DNA of 64,000 nt from positions 62,001-126,000 of IMG/VR virus record IMGVR_UViG_3300042540_001822. One strand, given 5' to 3'. This document shows, piece after piece, positions 58,951-64,000 of this stretch (positions are counted from its first letter, which is position 1; each line of letters begins with the position of its first letter). The translations under genes were made by a program, and so were the position numbers. The notes under the pieces are model-generated. The model was not told the origin of the DNA. It searched no databases and saw only the letters and a list, made by a program, of their open reading frames with translations.

Positions 58951-59805
58951 TTAACCAAAAAGTAATTTGTGAAATTTGTTGAACTCTGACCATCTATGGT
59001 CAAGCCCGATCCTACCTCCATTGATCTTCTCAGTAACCACAGTTAAGACCTCTTTTGTGGCACCTTTGTCGCAGAATCCCCAAATTTTATTTTTGTGAAA
59101 GAAAAAAGCGGCAGAGGTCAGTGGATATTTGGTGGCGACCAACTCTGGATTGGCCAAAATATCATCTTCAACCATTTTGTCGAACTCCGAATAGTTTGAT
59201 TTTCCAGTAAGCTGGATATAACCACGACCAGCATATTTCCATCCATCTCCAGATGCTTCATCGCCATTTCCCATTCTGGAAGAATAAACTTTATTAGCAA
59301 TTTTCTGTGGATTTTTGGCGTAAGATTCGTTCAAATTACCAGGAAAATATTTTGGAAAAATTTGTTTTAATCTTTCGGCAGAATAATTTAAATTTTCTTT
59401 GACCGATTTGAACCCTCCGGATTCATGAGAAGTTTGAGAAAGAAAGTGTGCCAATCTCAAATTGGATGTAATTCCGAATTTAGCTCCAAATTCCGATATT
59501 TCGGACAAAATTTTATCCGGAACATGCCCTTTGAGTTTTTCTAAAGATAGATCCAGTGTTTCCGCGGGCTTTGAGACAGGTTCGGATGTTTTTTCTGAGG
59601 CTGAACTAACTGGGGTTGGTGAGGGTCCAAACAATTTTGACCAGGTTCCATTACCAACTATTCCATCAGCAGTCAAACCGTTGGCTGCTTGCCACGCTTT
59701 TACTTTTGCTTCAGTACCTGGGCCGAAGTGACCATCTGCTGCCAGGCCTAATTTTGTTTGGAGTTTTTTTACATCTTCTCCTTTAGATCCGACTTTAAGT
59801 AACAT
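58951..59805 (-). CDS. Endolysin: PG-binding domain plus GH19 catalytic domain
   Basis: LKVGSKGEDVKKLQ...ADGIVG; HFLSQTSHESGGF..ENLNYS; GRGYIQLTGK.NY; INGG. Confidence 0.9.
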   Translation of the reverse strand: MLLKVGSKGEDVKKLQTKLGLAADGHFGPGTEAKVKAWQAANGLTADGIVGNGTWSKLFGPSPTPVSSASEKTSEPVSKPAETLDLSLEKLKGHVPDKILSEISEFGAKFGITSNLRLAHFLSQTSHESGGFKSVKENLNYSAERLKQIFPKYFPGNLNESYAKNPQKIANKVYSSRMGNGDEASGDGWKYAGRGYIQLTGKSNYSEFDKMVEDDILANPELVATKYPLTSAAFFFHKNKIWGFCDKGATKEVLTVVTEKINGGRIGLDHRWSEFNKFHKLLFG

Positions 59806-59874
59806 AAGATAAATTTTTTTCTGTATATATTCCAAGTCACTTCTTAAGATATATACTTAAAAGCAACACACGGT

Positions 59875-60384
59875 ATGGCCTACAGAATCGTTCTTAGACA
59901 AGACACTGCCTCTAATTGGCAACAAAACAATCCAACCCTCCTGAGCGGAGAATTGGGTTTCGAAACAAACACCAATCAGCTCAAGATTGGTAATGGAACT
60001 TCTTCCTGGAACGATCTAGGTTATTTTCCCTATTCTGGCTTAGATGGAAATTTCAATCTCACTTCAGGCCAGTTTTGGACATCGACTTTTGGTGGAGCAA
60101 CTGCGGGAATAGATTGGAACAATTCCAACGTTCAAAAATTAACTTTAACTTCTAATACCACCTTTTCCTTTTCAAATGGAGAAGATGGGGGCCAGTACGT
60201 GCTGATGTTAAAACAGGGAGCGAGTGGAGGATATGAAGTGACTTGGCCAGGATCGGTCAGCTGGCCGGGTGGATCTGGCCCGACTGGTCCGGTAATGACC
60301 TCTATTGCAGATCGATATGACGTATACAGATTTATTCACACCGACGGAAAATATTTCGGTACCGCCGATCAGAATTATTTGTAA
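59875..60384 (+). CDS. Tail-fibre-like protein (Mtd/hyaluronidase N-terminal-type domain)
   Basis: LRQDTASNWQQNNPTLLSGELGFETNTNQLKIGNG..W..L.Y. Confidence 0.75.
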   Translation: MAYRIVLRQDTASNWQQNNPTLLSGELGFETNTNQLKIGNGTSSWNDLGYFPYSGLDGNFNLTSGQFWTSTFGGATAGIDWNNSNVQKLTLTSNTTFSFSNGEDGGQYVLMLKQGASGGYEVTWPGSVSWPGGSGPTGPVMTSIADRYDVYRFIHTDGKYFGTADQNYL

Positions 60385-60394
60385 AAAGAAAGGT

Positions 60395-60580
60395 TTACTT
60401 TTTTGCCTTTTCCGGGGAAACTCTCTTTGAGAAGAACGCAATCTGAGAACATGATGTCATTTGTAAAATCCCAAGAAAAAGGGTAATCCCTGCCCATAGA
60501 CGAGGAAAAAATACGAGACAAAAGATCCAAATTACTAAACCAAAAATAAAGAGATGTAAATTTTCCTTAAAATTTTTCAT
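60395..60580 (-). CDS. Small 2-TM protein
   Basis: ORF track. Confidence 0.55.
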   Translation of the reverse strand: MKNFKENLHLFIFGLVIWIFCLVFFPRLWAGITLFLGILQMTSCSQIAFFSKRVSPEKAKK

Positions 60581-60764
60581 GTTTGCTTTCCATATATTTT
60601 TGGGCTGCTCTACCCATCCATTGGAGGGGATCCTCTAATTTAGGTTCATACATGGAATAGCCGGAGTTTCTTGGAGTTCTAGGATCTTTGCTGCCCGTCT
60701 CGGCCAAATTCAGTCTCTCCAATTTGGAGGCAATCTGTTTTAAATATTCTGGATTTGAATACAT
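60567..60764 (-). CDS. Hypothetical protein
   Basis: ORF track; GATATATA upstream. Confidence 0.6.
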   Translation of the reverse strand: MYSNPEYLKQIASKLERLNLAETGSKDPRTPRNSGYSMYEPKLEDPLQWMGRAAQKYMESKHEKF

Positions 60765-60808
60765 AGGCCTTGAGTTGGCTTATATATCTTTTCCGAAATT
60801 TATTTTTT

Positions 60809-61114
60809 CTACCCCAGACCTTGGGTTTTGACCAACGAGATCATCTGATCCAGGGTTCTGAAGACCATCATCTCCGGATCCTCTTCGTCTCGAATTCCAA
60901 AAAGCATATCTCCTGATTCTGATTTTCCAACTCCCAAAGTTCCGAGACCTTCGCAGATCAAAGGATAAAATTCATTCGGCTGAAGTTTTGACCAAATTTC
61001 TTCGTAGTCAAAATCATGCCATCCAAAATCGAAAGCTTCCTGGTACTGTTTGCTAAATTCTGCCATTTGGTTAATTTTGTGTTTGTGATATGGATTGACT
61101 GGAAATTTGGTCAA
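60809..61114 (-). CDS. Hypothetical protein
   Basis: ORF track. Confidence 0.6.
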   Translation of the reverse strand: MTKFPVNPYHKHKINQMAEFSKQYQEAFDFGWHDFDYEEIWSKLQPNEFYPLICEGLGTLGVGKSESGDMLFGIRDEEDPEMMVFRTLDQMISLVKTQGLG

Positions 61115-61125
61115 TCCCCTGAATG

Positions 61126-61410
61126 TTAATTAAATTTCTGTCGTTTTTCACGATTGGAATCAATCAAGAATTTGATTATTGTTGCTAAATCTGTGGCAGA
61201 CTCAGTTCTTTTTACCCATTCTGTATAACTCCAGGAATTGTCTTGTGAATCTAAAATAGTGCCCTTCCCTTGAAGCCACTGAACGAATTCTCCTAAAGTG
61301 GGTCTCCATACTATCAATCCCCATTGGTCAAAAATCTCAAGTTCATTGTTTTTGTTTCTTTGAATCCCCAGATTGCAGCCCTCATTATTAATAAGACATT
61401 CTTTTTTCAT
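61126..61410 (-). CDS. Hypothetical protein
   Basis: ORF track; TATATTTG box at 61428. Confidence 0.65.
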   Translation of the reverse strand: MKKECLINNEGCNLGIQRNKNNELEIFDQWGLIVWRPTLGEFVQWLQGKGTILDSQDNSWSYTEWVKRTESATDLATIIKFLIDSNREKRQKFN

Positions 61411-61498
61411 ATGAAATAAATTTTCTTCAAATATACGGGAAAAAATTCATTTGTTTCCCATGTTTTTGAAATTTCATGAAATGAGATTGGGAAAAAAT

Positions 61499-61735
61499 TT
61501 AGGATATAATTTTTATCTCATGGTCTGTCTCAATTACAACTCTTGCACCACAAGAAATCAAGGGTTTGATTTCAGTTCCAGAACCGCAATAGGTAATCTT
61601 ACTCGGTCCTAAAATCTCAACCTCATTACAGTAGGTATTTTTTCTACCTTGTTTAACTGTAATGACTGGTAAATCCGTTCCTTTTGTTTTGTTGGAACGA
61701 ATGTGATGTTGGTTGACGTGGATTTTAGTTTTCAA
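61499..61735 (-). CDS. Conserved phage hypothetical protein (IHVNQH...SCGARV)
   Basis: Motif pattern. Confidence 0.7.
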   Translation of the reverse strand: MKTKIHVNQHHIRSNKTKGTDLPVITVKQGRKNTYCNEVEILGPSKITYCGSGTEIKPLISCGARVVIETDHEIKIIS

Positions 61736-61747
61736 AATTCAAGAGAT

Positions 61748-61981
61748 TTAATTGTTGGTTGTTATTGATAGTTTATATTTTAGTGTTCTGTCAGTCATAT
61801 TCATAATACCGAATACCACTGATTCACCCTCAGGATTAACCATGGCAGGTGTTATCATATAACCTTCTATATTATTTAATGTTTGTTTAATTTCTCTAAC
61901 TAAACCATCAGGAATTGTCGTTTCAATTTCTGATTTTTCAAATGTTTCTGGGTTGTGGTATTCTGATTTGTAATTTTCCAT
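61748..61981 (-). CDS. Hypothetical protein
   Basis: ORF track. Confidence 0.6.
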   Translation of the reverse strand: MENYKSEYHNPETFEKSEIETTIPDGLVREIKQTLNNIEGYMITPAMVNPEGESVVFGIMNMTDRTLKYKLSITTNN

Positions 61982-61995
61982 AATTTTATATTTTC

Positions 61996-63126
61996 TTAAT
62001 TAGATAACGGCATTTTTATGCTTGGGTGGGATTGATAATTCTCCAATTTCCAGAAATCTGGTTTAAATTGTTCGATCTTTTGAGAAAATGGTATATCCAG
62101 ATCCATCAAATAATGGTACTCGTCTTTCCCTAACATTTGTGGTAAAGAATAAGGCTTTCTTGTTAGCTGATCTTTAACCCCATCTATTTGATTCAAGTAA
62201 ATGTGACAGTCTCCCATATTTGAAATGAGTTCATATGGTACCATACCAACCTCTTTAGCTATAATTGTTAATAATAGCCCATAAGATGCCAAATTAAAAG
62301 GGGTCCCTAGTGGAACATCTTGACTTCTGGCATTGCACATTAAAGAGATTGCTCTGGTTGGGATATTAGATTTAGAAAGTTCAATGTGTATTTCATGCTC
62401 GTTCATGTTTTCTGAATTTGAAGTGCAGTCAAAAAACTCTTCAAAGTAACTTAATCGTTCTTTAACGCTCAACTCTCTTGTATAAACTTGAAATCCATAA
62501 TGACAAGGTGGAAGAGTCATCGAATCCAATTCACCTACATTCCAAGCTGAAACCATCAATCGTCTTGAGTCTGGGTTTGTTTTGAGTTCGTTGATTAGGT
62601 TTTGGATTTGGTCTATTTTATTGTTTGGCCAAAATAAAGGTAGTTTATTTGGTCCAAAGTCATCTTGCCAACTTCTCCACTGCTTACCATAGATTGGACC
62701 TAAATCACCCCACTTCTTAGCAAACTCATCATCTGTTTTAATTTTGTTGATAAATTCTTCTTTTGGATAAATTAGTTGTTTTTCTAATATCTGTATTGAT
62801 ATCTCACTTCTGTCACCCTCAGTCCTGATAGCATGTTTATGTTTCTTTACATATGCTTTGTAACAATCACCATCCCAAATATGACAATCATTATCAACAA
62901 GGTATTTAATATTTGTTTCTCCTCTTAAAAACCAAAGTAACTCAGTTACAATTGACTTCCAATGCATTTTTTTGGTTGTGAGTAATGGAAACCCCTCACT
63001 CATTTTATGACGGATTTGTCTACCAAATACTGAAATAGTACCAGTACCCGTTCTATCTTTCTTTTCCACTCCATTATCTAATATATCTTGGAGTAGTGAT
63101 TGATATTGTTTGTCTAAATTATTCAT
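61996..63126 (-). CDS. thyA: Thymidylate synthase
   Basis: DRTGTGT, FPLLTTKK, ELLWFL, DLGPIYGKQWR, SRR, LPPCH, RSQD..LG.PFN, HIY. Confidence 0.97.
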   Translation of the reverse strand: MNNLDKQYQSLLQDILDNGVEKKDRTGTGTISVFGRQIRHKMSEGFPLLTTKKMHWKSIVTELLWFLRGETNIKYLVDNDCHIWDGDCYKAYVKKHKHAIRTEGDRSEISIQILEKQLIYPKEEFINKIKTDDEFAKKWGDLGPIYGKQWRSWQDDFGPNKLPLFWPNNKIDQIQNLINELKTNPDSRRLMVSAWNVGELDSMTLPPCHYGFQVYTRELSVKERLSYFEEFFDCTSNSENMNEHEIHIELSKSNIPTRAISLMCNARSQDVPLGTPFNLASYGLLLTIIAKEVGMVPYELISNMGDCHIYLNQIDGVKDQLTRKPYSLPQMLGKDEYHYLMDLDIPFSQKIEQFKPDFWKLENYQSHPSIKMPLSN

Positions 63127-63418
63127 CTGTCAATTCTTTAACGTATTCTTTTACAATGTAATCAGGTGCTGGTAAAATATCAAGTCGGTGTGCTATTTCT
63201 GTCAAACCAAATTCTTCATCTACCATCAATTCTTCTCTTAATGAATCTGCATCTTTCTTTGTTGGTTTATCCCAATACCCAACAAAGTGAAGTATGTTTA
63301 TCATATCACCTTCTTGGGTTGGATCAATAACTATCAATCCGTATTTAATGTCTTTTAGGTCTGGATCTTTATTCATAATCTTTGTTAAAGGAGGTATTGG
63401 TTTATCTAAATTATTCAT
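63119..63418 (-). CDS. Hypothetical protein
   Basis: ORF track; first residues MNNLDK are identical to those of thyA. Confidence 0.65.
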   Translation of the reverse strand: MNNLDKPIPPLTKIMNKDPDLKDIKYGLIVIDPTQEGDMINILHFVGYWDKPTKKDADSLREELMVDEEFGLTEIAHRLDILPAPDYIVKEYVKELTDE

Positions 63419-63420
63419 CT

Positions 63421-63639
63421 TTACCTAAATTTTTTTAATCTCTCTACAATATTATTATTGATCCCAGTACAAAAATCACGTTCAAATATATTCATTAGTG
63501 CTTGTTCAGCATCAACACCGCATTCATTTGTTGCCAATGCTATACATTCATCATCTGTCTTATTGTGCCAGAATGATAAATGTTTCAAAAACCAAGCACC
63601 GTCTTCTATTATTATTTTTCTTGGTCCTTCGTTATTCAT
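63421..63639 (-). CDS. Hypothetical protein
   Basis: ORF track. Confidence 0.6.
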   Translation of the reverse strand: MNNEGPRKIIIEDGAWFLKHLSFWHNKTDDECIALATNECGVDAEQALMNIFERDFCTGINNNIVERLKKFR

Positions 63640-63817
63640 AATGTTCTAATTGTTGTTCGTTAAAAATGTGTAATAATCCATATTCATCCATTTCGGCTAC
63701 TAATCTAATTTCACCTTTTATTGTTGTGAATACGGATACAATTGTGCAAGGAAATTTATATCCTTTCGGTTTCCACGCTTTGTCTCCTACTTTAAATTTT
63801 GTGTTATTCATTTTCAT
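63632..63817 (-). CDS. Small SH3-fold protein resembling R67/DfrB dihydrofolate reductase
   Basis: FKVGDKAWKPKG...IV...T...E...GLLHIFNEQQLE aligns by eye to R67 FG.GDRVRKKSG...VQIYPVAALE. Confidence 0.45.
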   Translation of the reverse strand: MKMNNTKFKVGDKAWKPKGYKFPCTIVSVFTTIKGEIRLVAEMDEYGLLHIFNEQQLEHYE

Positions 63818-64000
63818 ATTTGTTAATTGTATCTTCCATCTGGTGGAACATTTGTTTAATTCTCATCCCAAGTTCATATGGGTCGGCGTACTTAACCCCT
63901 TCTAGTGTTATTGTTTGGTTGGCTTTGAACCATTGTGGTATTTTAGACCATTTCTCTTGACCCCAAAGTCCTTTATATTTTTTATACCCCACATCATGCA

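Noticed and set aside
61996-63126. Intron or intein in thyA
   Set aside because: Extra length is short in-frame insertions, with no splice or endonuclease motifs
1-64000. Stop-codon reassignment as seen in some Bacteroidota phages
   Set aside because: Conserved genes (thyA, umuC, sigma) are intact in the standard code, and TAG, TGA and TAA all end LRR paralogues at the same position
1-64000. Cellular (bacterial chromosome) or eukaryotic-virus origin
   Set aside because: No housekeeping operons; endolysin, tail-fibre domain, sigma factor and Bacteroidota promoter boxes point to a bacteriophage, although no capsid or terminase gene lies in this window

Overview
This is an AT-rich, densely coding fragment of a large (probably jumbo) tailed phage in the standard genetic code. 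The host is probably Bacteroidota, judging by recurrent TAnnTTTG -7 promoter boxes. Left arm (1-11.5 kb, minus strand): small accessory genes, a tRNA-Arg(TCT) and a sigma-70-family factor. At about 4.5-8.4 kb it carries an array of attC-like cassettes whose GTTA.../...TAAC ends are pairwise complementary and whose genes run antisense. A GC-rich non-coding strand-switch region (about 11.5-12.9 kb) holds iteron-like and 10-bp-phased repeats. The right part is dominated by proteins with an N-terminal M-K-x(4-10)-F-x-x-F-(x)-E leader resembling the T4 capsid-targeting sequence, typically behind a GATATATA motif. Fifteen close and two divergent paralogues form an LRR-like family: the close copies have constant N- and C-domains around 2-11 hypervariable 21-aa modules and show clear module swapping. 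Nearly all end in [ST]GF[DNS]ELGLF. The same GF[ED][ED]LG motif sits near the N-terminus, or internally, in nine unrelated acidic proteins. Also present are a glycosyltransferase/methyltransferase cluster, a 2OG-Fe(II) oxygenase, mgsA, an Rnl1-type RNA ligase, umuC with a degenerate umuD, LysM, lytic and GH19 enzymes, and thyA. All functional calls come from motif recognition only; no searches were run.
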